64,000 nt of DNA from Phoronis australis (GCA_002633005.1 NMRA01000176.1:319740-383739), one strand, 5' to 3'. Counted from the first letter of the stretch, positions 1 to 10,849 are shown. Translations and numbers: made by a program. The notes: generated by a model not told the origin, from the letters alone.

Positions 1-619
1 CGACCGGTCGGCCAAAAATTCGTGATGTGTGCTGTACCTCGCTAACAATACACAATTAACTGGAACCTGTACTATCTATTCTACTACTGGAAACCATTAC
101 CCTGCACAAACAACTGCCTAACTGCGACCCGTAACTATTTATTCTGTGAACTGGGTACCACGCAACATATACGCCAAACAAACAGCTGAATGAAACTATA
201 CGTTAAACAACAACTATAAACGCTCTGAACTTAACTAGTAGATACACACGAGTACAACATAATACTCAGTACTTGCAATAGTTTGGCCAACAGTCTGTGC
301 TTAATGTAAAAGTTGCAGCATCCGAGGAAAACACATGATTCGCGTTACAGATCTTGTCAACGAATGCCGCTATGCACGAGAAATGCTAGTCACCAAAACC
401 AGCGTAACATACAGAGGCTAATACGTAATAATAGCCGGCCGGTCAAGCTACTATTAGACTATGCAAATGTTATTGTAGCCATTGGAAAGAACTGGCTTAC
501 TAAAAGAAACCCAGTCAAGCGGCGAAAGATGTACTGCTACCTATAAAGAAAATAAACAGCGTGATATGTAAACAATACACAATAACCAATGACAAAAATG
601 ATGCACGGCATCAACGGTA

Positions 620-2240
620 TTTTCAAAGGTCCTCAACAGATTTTCATAAAATTTTAAATATAGGCATCTATTGGTGTGATGACGCTATCTTCCTGTTTTT
701 GGATGGAATTGTGGTAATTTGCAACACCTAGTGGCCATTTTTTGCTGTTTTCAAATCTTGTTTTTGGTATTCACCCCTGTATCAACCAAATCATTTGAAA
801 ATTGGAATATATGTTCTCAGTGTGAAGACGACCTTTGATGATAGTGACTGACTACTGTGGCGCCTCCTAGTGGTAGCTTTGTTTTGTGCCCATAGTTGTA
901 TCTACTAAACCCACTGTAGGATCTTTACTAAATTTAGTAAGTGTATTTATAGGAAGATAACAACAGACGACGACGACTTTCAGGCAGGGACACTGTGCCC
1001 ACTAGTGGCAATTTCATTTTATTCTGTTTTCCTTTGTTCCTCTGAAGTTCCTTGACAGATTTTTATGAAATATGGCATGTTCCTGTTTTTGAATGGATTG
1101 TATGTTTTTGCGCTTTCTAGGGGCCATTTTTATGATACAAATAAATAACCCTAAAAGCACACCATTTGCAATGCATTCGTGGGCGCATTTCAACGCTCCG
1201 TGTTGCTCTTGTCATAAAATTTGGCAAACAGGCGTCTATTAGCAAGATGATGCTATCCTCTCGTTTTTTGGATGAATTCAAGGTATTTTGCTCCGCCATT
1301 TTTACTGTTTTTTGGCCTCCGCCCCTCTATCAACCAAACGGCTGTAAAGATGATTTTGAAAATTGGCATGTATGTTCTTACTATGAAGTGGACAACTTCG
1401 ACTACTGTGGCGCCTCCTAGTGGCAGTTTTTTTTTGCCCCCTCAGCTGTATCTCCTAAACCCTGGCAGGACTTTTACTAAATTTAACAAGTATATTTGTG
1501 TGAAGTTGAAAAGGAACAACGACGACTTTCGGACAGATCTGACTACTGGTGTTGCCTCTAGTGGCAATTTTTTTATCTTTACCTCTGTATGTTCAAACGT
1601 CCTCAACGGATTTTCATAAAGTTCGGGGTATAGTTCTGTAATTTATTGGTGAGATGATGCTATCCTCCCATTTTCGGATGGATTTGAGGTATTTTGTGCC
1701 ACCTAGTTGGCATTTTTGCTGTTTTCGAGTCTGTTGTTTGGTGGCCGCTCCTTTGTCTTCCAAACTATTCTAAGGATGATTTTGAAAATTGGCGTATATG
1801 TTATCAGTGTGAAGACAACGGTTGACATTGATGACTTTGGCTGCTGTGGCACCTCCTAGTGGTAGTTTTGTCTTGTTTTGCGCTCATGGCTGTATCTCAT
1901 AAACCCACTGGTGGATCTTAATTATATGTGTATTTATATGAAATTAACAACAGATGACGACTTTCAGACGGATCCGATGAGAGCTGCACCACCTAGTGTT
2001 AATTTCATTTTTTCCATTTCCTTTGTTTCCCTGAAGTTTCTTGACAGATTTTTATGAACTTTGGTAAATAGCTTTTTATTAAAGAAATGATGGCATTTTC
2101 CAGTTTTTGAGTCGATTTGATGTATTTTGTGCCATCTTGTGGCCATTTTTATGATGCAAATAAACAACCCTAGAAACACACCGATTGCAGTGCGTTCGTG
2201 GGTACATTTCAACTCTCCGCATGGCTCTTGTTTTAGTACA
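620..2240. repeat. Diverged tandem array of ~400-440 bp units, possibly the body of a non-autonomous Helentron/HINE-like element, upstream of the first TUT1 exon seen
   Basis: Blocks such as 'tattggtgtgatgacgctatcttcctgtttttggatgga' recur near 668, 1237, 1644 and 2077. 'gaaaattggcatgtatgttct' recurs near 798, 1358 and 1784. A terminal-like block 'aaataaa(t/c)aacccta...gctcttgt' occurs near 1139-1212 and 2158-2232. Confidence 0.7.
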
Positions 2241-2854
2241 AAAAGTCTAATTCCATTTTTAGCCACCTCAACAGCTTCAATCTTTAATCACTAGTAATTT
2301 AATGTTATGAACTGAAGGTAATTCTTTTTTCTTGATTCTATTTTATCCATATACAGTGCGGACAAAAGTAATCCGGCAAAATACGGTTTTCTTGTCTTAA
2401 CGGCTTATGCTGTTAACAGTAAAAATCACTGAAAATTCTAATTACAGAGTGGCTTTGCCACTTCACTAAGTTTCCCGTTAATTCCCCTTCCGTCTTAGTC
2501 ATGGGGGAAGACTGCTTTGATGATGCATTCGGCTTCTGCGCAGCCTCCCTGACTCTAATTCTTGGTTATTTTGTCTGAATACTTTTGGCATGTATTGTAC
2601 TTAGCTGATCCTGAAGTCTGCTAAATATTGACTGGCATTTTCCTCTTTCGTTCTTTTTGTGTTGTTCATCTTCTTTGCAAGTGCCCCCAGCACATTGTCA
2701 AACCATCTTTTACGTTTTCTTTTGCAACCAATGTGGAACAAAGGCAGAGGACCACCGTTGTATTTATGCATTACTGGCGCCACAATTGACTGGAAATATT
2801 TTTATTAGATTGATGGACATGTGGACAGTATCCATTGGTTATTTGTGCTTACAG

Positions 2855-2947
2855 ATGCCAGTGATGAGAGGCTGATTGATGGGTGGAATTGTTCCTTTCC
2901 CTCCAGTCTTGACAAGGTACCCCCATCCAAGAATACTGACAGCACAG
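2855..2947 (+). CDS. TUT1: TUT1/Star-PAP (U6 terminal uridylyltransferase) internal exon
   Basis: Acceptor 'gcttacag|' and donor '|gtaatg', 93 bp, phase 1/1. Encodes (D)ASDERLIDGWNCSFPSSLDKVPPSKNTDST, matching the TUT1 'VDGWDCSFP..LEPS.N' motif. Not in the ORF track. Confidence 0.9.
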
Positions 2948-3070
2948 GTAATGGTAGATAAATATTTTTTATCAATTTATGTTAAATTAGTTAAAACAGA
3001 AATGAAATTGTGATGGGAGTGTTATGACATCATAACAAATGATGTCATAAGACATTCGTAAATTTTCAGA

Positions 3071-4723
3071 ATGGAAGCACATTCTGTATTCAAGACTGTT
3101 TTGCACAAACAAGCCTTTGTTTTCCTTGAAATTCTTTTCGTCTGCAGCGTGAGCGGTGACTTTTTCACACACCAGGGTGATGTATCTGTGCGAGCTGGCG
3201 ATGCTATTGTTTTGAAAACGTCAGTCCCTGAAAATGAGTCTCCAGAACTCCTTGTGGCTGCCATTCACCTGTTCAAGGAAGGAAGTACAACAGGCGAGCT
3301 GGTATCGGAAGTCTTACACCCGCTGACTGTGGAAGCCCACTGTAGTCGTCAACTCTCAGAGGAAAGGACATGCTTTGCATCCTCTCAGCTTGTGAACAAA
3401 ACTCACCGCTCTCTATATAAGCTGTTCAATGCTAACGAATGCGACGAGGGCAAGTACTTTTACAGCCTGAAAGTGTTCCCGCCGTCCCCATTGAAATACC
3501 GTTTCTCTATCAAGGTGGACACGTTGCCAACCTCTGGCAAGTTGGTGCCTAGTACTGGCTTCCCGTCTACAGTTTCCAATAGTGATACTGTAGTGTTTGG
3601 ATGTCAACTCACCGACGACGATGTCGGCGACTTGCATTGGATCAAGGTAGGCGAGCCATCGGGAACGGTGTATCCGCTTGGCACTAGCGAATTAGAAAGG
3701 GAACGTGTAGACTCAGTCAAGCATGAAGACACCTGTCTTTTTACCTTCACAAAATGGGCTAACATCACCATTACTGGTGGACCAAATGCCTTGACGTTCC
3801 GGTTCGACTGTGTCATGTCAAGCAGAGCATTCTGTTCCACGCCAAGACTCACTGTACTTCCTTTGATTCCCACCAAGTCAATTCCCACAACCGAGAGAGA
3901 CGTTGTCATTGTCGGTGTTGTTATCTGTTCTTTTTTTGCCTTGTTGGCCGTTGCAGCAATCACGTTTGCTCTCAAGGGTCGTGATTTAACTGTGCAGTCG
4001 GTGGTCAGTACTCTTATGAACTGGTTTACGCCGTCGACAAGTTTAAGCGGCACTCATAAAAAGTCGAGGACAGATTCTGAGCTCCGTAGAAGTTCCAAAA
4101 AGAACTCTGAGGAGTCTGGTTTGTATGAGACTTTGTATGGTGGTCCACCATATAAGCCTCCAAAATCTAAGTTGCGGAAAGATAAGAGGAAGAAAGCTTC
4201 AGACGGTGAACCCTTAATAAGGAAAAGATATAAGAGTGACCGCTCAAGAAACAAAACTGCCAAAAACTCAAAGACAGCTCCAGACATGGATGATGATTTA
4301 GTAATAAGTCCAAGGAACAGAAGTTTAGCTCTTTGTAATGTACGCAAAGCATTAAAGATGAACAGGAAGTCCAAAAATGAGAAGCAGAGAAAGAAGACAG
4401 GTTCTTCCAGAAGAGCAAGTAATGTTGATGAAGCTGAAGAAATAGAAGATGATGGGCAGGAACGAGTTGCTGAAGGATTTGGGAAGAAGAAGTTGAGAAG
4501 GAGAAGTCGTGTCAAGAAAGAGTCTCAAAGATTGAGTTTTGTCGGGCAGCAAGTGAGCAGAAAGAGCAAAAATGACACAATCGATTCTACGGCAAAACGG
4601 CGTGTCAGGAAACGGTCGAAAAAGAGATCTGTAAATGTTCCAGCCCGTGGCAGTGATGCGGTTCTTCAACCAGATTCTCAGAGGCAGTCGCAGATGTGGC
4701 CAACTGGTAGTGATGAAGTGTGA
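3071..4723 (+). CDS. Intronless type I membrane protein with two Ig-like domains and a long Lys/Arg-rich cytoplasmic tail (550 aa), nested in a TUT1 intron
   Basis: Uninterrupted 1653-bp ORF. Signal-peptide-like FVFLEILFVCSVSG; V-like domain (VSVRAGDAIVL...LFNANECDEGKYFY); second Ig domain (VVFGCQL...LHWIK...FRFDCVM); TM VVIVGVVICSFFALLAVAAITFAL (~3902-3973); basic tail. Confidence 0.85.
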   Translation: MEAHSVFKTVLHKQAFVFLEILFVCSVSGDFFTHQGDVSVRAGDAIVLKTSVPENESPELLVAAIHLFKEGSTTGELVSEVLHPLTVEAHCSRQLSEERTCFASSQLVNKTHRSLYKLFNANECDEGKYFYSLKVFPPSPLKYRFSIKVDTLPTSGKLVPSTGFPSTVSNSDTVVFGCQLTDDDVGDLHWIKVGEPSGTVYPLGTSELERERVDSVKHEDTCLFTFTKWANITITGGPNALTFRFDCVMSSRAFCSTPRLTVLPLIPTKSIPTTERDVVIVGVVICSFFALLAVAAITFALKGRDLTVQSVVSTLMNWFTPSTSLSGTHKKSRTDSELRRSSKKNSEESGLYETLYGGPPYKPPKSKLRKDKRKKASDGEPLIRKRYKSDRSRNKTAKNSKTAPDMDDDLVISPRNRSLALCNVRKALKMNRKSKNEKQRKKTGSSRRASNVDEAEEIEDDGQERVAEGFGKKKLRRRSRVKKESQRLSFVGQQVSRKSKNDTIDSTAKRRVRKRSKKRSVNVPARGSDAVLQPDSQRQSQMWPTGSDEV

Positions 4724-5830
4724 AATGCAGAAGGGGAGCTAGAAGAGGATTGAAGTGACGGAGAAAAATGTCGACTACGTTCATTGTTCGTTTTTTTATT
4801 GTGTTTTTATCTGTGTGCTGTCTCTTGAAAGGAAGATTGATGTTTAGTTTGGAAATGAAAATTTTATATTTATAACATTGCTATCAACGATCCTCAGAAG
4901 TATTTGGTATGTGTTTTGAAATTTAATTCTATTAAGAGATGGAATTCATGTTGAATATTTTACAAACATTTGGCTACAAATGTTATGCTCTATGGTATTA
5001 ATGTGCTTCTTTTTGCATCGACTGAGTGTAAAACAATTAATTGTGAAAATTTGGACATTATTTACAATTTTTTGAAAATATGATTTGATGGGTGATTTCC
5101 AAATTATCGACTGTTTTTGTAAAATCATTTAATGATAAACTTCAATGAAAATTTAATATGCATTTTTGACTTAGGCATTTCGCAGCTGAATGTTGTTTAA
5201 AACTGCATTTCCTAGGGAGGGCCAATTAGATTTTGAGGAAACTTGGAAGATAGAATGTGAGATGCACAGGATGCATTATTTCATCAGATTTTAAAATTAC
5301 TGTGAGCAGTATTTGAGATTTAATGTGGGTCAAGGGTCAACTAAGGGTTTTGGTTGAAATACACACCCTGGCCTGGTACATTACTTTGTCTGACTTTTCA
5401 AACTAGGATCTGTAATCAGAATAGTTTTAGTAACTTAAGACAGTTAAGTATTTGCATTGGACGCCAATGAATATATCGCAATTCAACAGGTAAGCGATTT
5501 TATTTGAAAGCACAATTCAAGAAGTAAGAGATCAAGTTTCTACAAAAAATGGGAAAATGCCATCTAAAACTTTGTTTTCTGGATTTTGACAAAACTGATA
5601 TGTGATTATGCTGTTAAACTGTAGTTATCTACTTTGAAATTAGGGATTCACGTGGACAAGTACGGGCAAGTACCCAGCTCACTAGTGCATTGGTATTAAA
5701 TAGGTGAGTTCCCGAGAAGCATGTTTGGCAGTGACAGAGTTTAACACTTGCTGTCTCCAGTTACAGGATATCTGTATAACTTTTTGTGTTTAAGTGTTGA
5801 ATTGAAAGGATTACATTATTTTCTTGACAG

Positions 5831-5955
5831 GGGAACTTTTGAAAGGGTTTTTCAAGTTCTACGCTACGTTTGACTTCCGCCATCTTGCAGTATGTATTCT
5901 AACTGGCCAAACAACATCCACGGCGAACCTGGCTCGGCATCAAAGTGCATTTGCA
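5831..5955 (+). CDS. TUT1: TUT1 internal exon (start of the PAP-associated domain)
   Basis: Acceptor 'ttcttgacag|' and donor '|gtaggt', 125 bp, phase 1 to 0. Encodes GELLKGFFKFYATFDFRHLAVCILTGQTTSTANLARHQSAFA, the 'LL..FF.FY..FDF' PAP_assoc motif. Phases fit both neighbouring exons. Confidence 0.92.
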
Positions 5956-6879
5956 GTAGGTTCATTTGCTTTGAATTCTTGATTTGTTAATTCACAGTTC
6001 GTAAAACTACCCTTAGTAGACAGAGGGTGTGTTTCTCGAAGAGTCGAAAGTTGATTTTGTTTTGTTTTTTTTGACTTGGTGTTAGTCTGCTCCGAAGCAG
6101 GCTTGGAATTATGGACAAATTTTCTGACATTTAGTCTAAACCTGATTTGGTGAAACGGAGTAAGCCATTTGTAATTGTTTTTTTACACAGAAGACTGTAG
6201 ATTCGTAATTTAGATCACACGTCACTGTGGAGATGGTGCTGCATTTATTGTAAGAGCGGGATGTTGCTTCTGACGTGGTTATTGAACACACGATCGTCTA
6301 AGCTATGACAGGACTTTGGCCTTTTATAAAACAGGCCATAGCAGCCTAGGCAACTTTAATTGAACAAAAGAGTTACAAGATTTCTGGTTATTCATCAGAA
6401 ATTCCATAAAATGTTGGTGTATTTACTTCGAGCTGGATAACAACATTGATTTCACTTTATTGCATGCCTCATTGTGTGACAATTGATCTAATGCAGTGGC
6501 ATGCAACACTGACATATCCCTATTCACATTCAAACCAACCAGAATGAGGTGTAATGTCTGACGCACATACAGTACAAGACAACAGTAATCAGACAATATC
6601 GTTTTCCAATAATGATGACTAATTCTGCTAACAGCTAAAACTCCAAGTACTATTCTTCTGCATTCTCATATTTGAAGGAAGACTGCTCTGACTATGAATT
6701 AGGCTTCCTTGTAGCTGTCATGAACGGGTCATTTTGTCTGAATAAATTTACCTTTTATAGTAGTCGCTAACAGCCTCAGTTGAAAACTGAGTTTGTTGAG
6801 AGTACATTTTCTGAAGATTGTTTCTGTGTTTATGTGACGACTAATGCGCGGTATTATGATTTTACATCTGTTGTTACAG

Positions 6880-8022
6880 GTTGGGCCACTTAATGTGCAA
6901 GATCCGTTTGTTCTGTCCCACAACACTACATCAAACATCAATGAAAAGATGGCTTGTGCCATCACTTGTGCCATGACTTCTGCCCACCAGCTGTGCAGCC
7001 AAATGAATTTCAACATTCCCAGTGAACAGAGCTGGGGGCTAGTAGCACTTCTTGAAGAGCCTGATCCCACAGCTGCAGCTGAGCAGATGTACAGAAGCCG
7101 GCCACCTCTGCCATCTGATAACCATCAGTACATACTGTCTGTGCACATGAAGTCGGATGTACTGTATCAGGACTCTTACAAGAACCTCGGTGGAGCTGAT
7201 ATCAAGGAGCACTGGTGTGAAAAGGCCGCCAACTTTCTCCAAGAGTGTTTTGAAGAGGTCATGTGTTTTGTGATGGAAGACGTTCATGTTCCTCAGCCAA
7301 ATGTGCTCAAACGTCAGAATTCGGGAAGTTATTGTCCAACAGCAAACAAATGTCAAAAGACTCACCACAAAGCTGCTGGCAGTTATGATTTACACAATGT
7401 CAAAGTCACTGATGGCTCCTCTGTTAATGAATACAGTCTACCTAGTTCACCCGATTCCTCACACCCTGTTGCTCCATGTTCTTCAATACCTGTCGACTGT
7501 GTGCCAGGATGCGCGACTGAAGTAGTTACTTCACAGTCTGGTAAGCCGTTAGAAGATAACCATGTTAATACAGACAAAACTTATGATAAAAAATGCAGCG
7601 ATAATACTGAACATAAGTCTTTTACAACCAAGGACGTTGACAACGATGTTGGGGAACTAAAGCCCAGTAAATTTTCCGTGGAAGATGCCAATCCTGTTCT
7701 GGTCAAGAACTTGAATTGCTGCGCCATGAAACGAACCTGGGTAGGTCGGAAGAACGTTCAGCAGGCATTACCTCCAGAGTTGAAGAACTGCGGTACATTG
7801 TCTCTTCAGAAAGAAATCTCCAAGAGGATAATCTCTCCGGGTGGTAGTCACATAGACTGCTGTGTCAAGTTTCAGATGCAAATGTTCAAGGTGATCTCCA
7901 AAGACGACGCGCTGATTGAGCTCAAGTTTCAGCCAATCACAGCCCAGAAGGAGTTCACGTGTATGTTCCCGTTTCTCCGCTCGTTCTTGCCGAAATTAGT
8001 TGATCAGTATTTGACAGTTTAA
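6880..8022 (+). CDS. TUT1: TUT1 terminal coding exon (nucleotide-recognition motif and C-terminal KA1-like region)
   Basis: Acceptor 'ttgttacag|' phase 0. VGPLNVQDPFVLSHNTTSNI matches TUT1 GPLNLQDPFDLSHNVAANV; 'SWGLVALL' matches 'DWGLLPLL'; 'RTWVGRKN' matches 'WQGRRR'. Stop TAA ends at 8022. Confidence 0.92.
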   Translation, partial: VGPLNVQDPFVLSHNTTSNINEKMACAITCAMTSAHQLCSQMNFNIPSEQSWGLVALLEEPDPTAAAEQMYRSRPPLPSDNHQYILSVHMKSDVLYQDSYKNLGGADIKEHWCEKAANFLQECFEEVMCFVMEDVHVPQPNVLKRQNSGSYCPTANKCQKTHHKAAGSYDLHNVKVTDGSSVNEYSLPSSPDSSHPVAPCSSIPVDCVPGCATEVVTSQSGKPLEDNHVNTDKTYDKKCSDNTEHKSFTTKDVDNDVGELKPSKFSVEDANPVLVKNLNCCAMKRTWVGRKNVQQALPPELKNCGTLSLQKEISKRIISPGGSHIDCCVKFQMQMFKVISKDDALIELKFQPITAQKEFTCMFPFLRSFLPKLVDQYLTV

Positions 8023-8576
8023 AGTGAAGATTTCAGGTGCACGTCCCAAACTATGATCGCTTTGTGTTCCAGTGGTGAGTCTTGTCTTGATTTCGTTTTT
8101 GGTTTTTCAAAAAAAAAATTTCTGAAATAAGCTGAGAGAGTACTNTATATTTTTTACAGTTGCGTTTGTTATGTCCAAGGTATTGTTTGTATTGCTAAAG
8201 CTGGGTTTCAAGGTGTTTAGTTGGCTAAAAACAAAAATCAAACCAGACTTTTATGCTCTTCAAATTGGTCTCATAATAGTCCTTACTAGATAGGATGTTT
8301 TTGTTACAACCAAGAACATCAAAGCCATCATTGGCTCACGAAAACGATTCAGAGCGTTTGTGGTTGAACAACCTTGAAATCGCAGATTTAAAAATGGCGA
8401 TGTACACATTATGGGTGACTCCAGCTGTAGGCTCATTTTGCAACTATTCAAAATAGAATCACTGTGGTGAATTTTTAATAGCTAAACAGTGGGGGAAATT
8501 GAGGGGGTAGGGCATTAAGAAATAGCCATTTCCTTTGTGAAAGAAGTTGTCCATCAGTCACTCAGGCTTTAATGTG

Positions 8577-8582
8577 AATAAA
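8577..8582 (+). promoter_or_regulatory. Candidate polyadenylation signal of TUT1
   Basis: AATAAA about 555 nt after the stop codon, followed by GT-rich sequence. Confidence 0.5.
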
Positions 8583-9020
8583 GACATTTGGTACATTTCA
8601 TGATAAACAGCTGTTGATGTGTTAGCATATTCAATGGCCGGCGTGTTGTGATTGGTCAATATTCAATGACCGGTGTGTTGTGATTGGTCAATATTCAAGT
8701 AAGCGCATGCTGTTTAAGAATGGTTTTGCCATAAATGAAAATATTATTTGTATATAAACTGTCGATGAAGACGAAATTGACAAGACTGAGAATGACAAAA
8801 CAAACAGGAAGATCGCGCTTAATTTCTGTAGTATTGCTGATCCCTATTGCAGAAGTGTAACTTTGTAATTAGATGGACACTGTGTGCCTAATCAACTGTC
8901 TTACAAGAGTGAACAGTAAAGCACACTGATCATCTAACACATGGAAATGTGTAGACAGATGCGACTGTTTTAAACTAAAGTAATGATAAAGCTATAGTAA
9001 TACTATTCATAATACTTGTG

Positions 9021-9035
9021 GTAATAATCGTAACA

Positions 9036-9081
<46 letters not shown>

Positions 9082-9106
9082 TAATAATAATACAATAAAA
9101 AATAAT
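9021..9106. repeat. (AAT)n microsatellite
   Basis: Run of 'aataataataat...' with degenerate flanks. Confidence 0.95.
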
Positions 9107-9439
9107 ACCAACAACTTGGTAACAGCAATACTAAAAGTAACAAATTTAAACTATATTGAATACACACAATACACGGTATATGAAACAGTTGACCCCATGA
9201 AACAAATACTAAAAGTAGTTTCACTGCCTAACACTCTTTGACTTGTTCTCTGCACTTTTTCCAAGGGGCATCACAAGTGGCGATTGACCCGCCGTAGCGG
9301 ACTGGTACCCTTGACTGGATGTTTTAGTACTGTCCAATGCCCAAGTTGCTGGCACGCCTGTTATGGTCCCTGGGGAAAATTCACCTGGAGTAAAAAGGCG
9401 GTGTTCTGGGACCCCAGTGTATCGTTTAGTGACATTACA

Positions 9440-10330
9440 TGAGGCTAATTTGCTTTCTTTGTTCGGTCACGAGATTGAGATCATCTGGTTTGTGAAATGT
9501 AGATAGGTAGTAAACAACTCTGTTGTCTATCCTATAAGACGCCAAGTCAAAATCACATGTGCGACAGTCAACAGCTCCCCTGGCAAGCTTTTTAGCGTTT
9601 ACGTATTTAGGAAGTGTTGCACTGGTGCAGGTAACCACCTAGCGGCAAACTAGTGTAATAATTATCAGTGTAAACAACGTGTACCTTTTGTGTGAGGGAT
9701 TTAAAAAGCTCAATAACAACATTACTTCTGATGACAGTTCTGGTGTAATGCAGTCTGCGGTCTCTTTCTTTCCAAGGTAAACCTCGAAGCTGTAACAATG
9801 CAGACACAGCATCGGCAAGGACCCAGTGTCGTACACCAGTTTAGTGGTTTATCCTTCATGTACTGCCTCATGCCCAATCTGCCTTTAAAGTTATCGTGGG
9901 TTCATCAACAGTTATTTCATGATGAGGATTATACCCTGACATAAATCTCTCTCTGACATGATCAATTACAGGACGTGCTTTGTCTAGTTTGTCGTTGGGT
10001 TGCACTTTGGTTTTGTCACAAAAGTGAATGTACCTTTTAATTTGTATGTACCTGTTGGGTGGCGTTATCTCACCAAATTTTGAACCAACTAAAAGCAGTT
10101 GTGTTGTTCAGGCTGTAATATTCCTCTCAGTCAAATGTCATCACGTCCATTAGAATCTGTAAGCCATAAAATGCCTTCAGTTCTTCAATGGTGACTGGCC
10201 TTGATGCTTTTCAGGATCGGACATACGCTTCTGGGTTGCACTTAAGTTGGTCAGCCTTGTTTCTTCGTAAAATAGATTATCGCCATTAAACAGCTAAAAA
10301 TAATCTAAAGCCTTTGCTGTATCTGTACAT
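9440..10330 (-). mobile_element. piggyBac transposase pseudogene (fragment 1)
   Basis: Frameshifted pieces: NRYIQIKRYIHFCD..DKLDKARPVI..YNPHHEITVDE, FKGRLGMRQYMKDKP, CYSFEVYLGK, HVVYTDNYYTSLPL, VYYLSTFH. Confidence 0.88.
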
Positions 10331-10849
10331 ACTTAAGTTGGATCAGCATAATTGTGAAATTCATCAAGTGTTCGTGGATTTTCCACCTTGGCCCAGTTTA
10401 TGGATGAATTCGTCTAGTGCTGTGGTTTCCAAGTGAATCCAAACGAATAACTGCTCTCTTTTAAGTTCCACATTACAGCATTGTTCCCGGCCAGTTATGA
10501 GATGGATGCCGATGGGTCAAATTGTGAGGTGGATGATTTTGGCTAAAGTTGTAAGACAAGTGTCAGACCTTGAACAGAATCGTAGCTTGAATATTTTGGC
10601 ATGTAATTTTTATTTGAACATTGTTTGGGATTCTGGAAATCTGTTTTACGTAACGATTGCAGATTCTAATTATCATGTTCCAAAGTATTCCGACTAGATT
10701 TTTGAGACTGAGGCACTTGACTTGAGATTGGAGACGAAGCGTCTTGGCCTGTTAAGTCTTGAGACAACGATACAAATTGTTCCTGCATTGGTTTCTGATA
10801 TTGCTGACCCTGGTTTAAATATTTTCATGGACCATTTAAAAGAGTTCCG

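Noticed and set aside
1-590. Possible LTR with a PBS-like 'tttttggccgacc' on -
   Set aside because: Only compositional resemblance; the window edge prevents confirmation.
2352-2400. Tc1-like terminus 'ta cagtgcggacaaaagta'
   Set aside because: No matching opposite TIR or recognisable transposase found nearby.
2947-3073. In-frame TUT1-Ig receptor fusion protein
   Set aside because: The TUT1 donor is phase 1, but the acceptor at 3069 needs phase 2 to enter the receptor frame.
3413-4669. Several antisense ORFs (74-153 aa) over the receptor gene
   Set aside because: Shadow frames of a real coding sequence with no recognisable motifs.
6844-6879. ATG 6844 as the start of a standalone 392-aa gene
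   Set aside because: The first 12 codons are intronic polypyrimidine tract and acceptor; the ORF is the last TUT1 exon.
8628-8698. 31-bp direct repeat containing ATTGG (CCAAT) boxes as a promoter
   Set aside because: No associated gene start; a simple local duplication explains it.
9003-9224. Poly-Tyr ORF
   Set aside because: Translation of the (AAT)n microsatellite.
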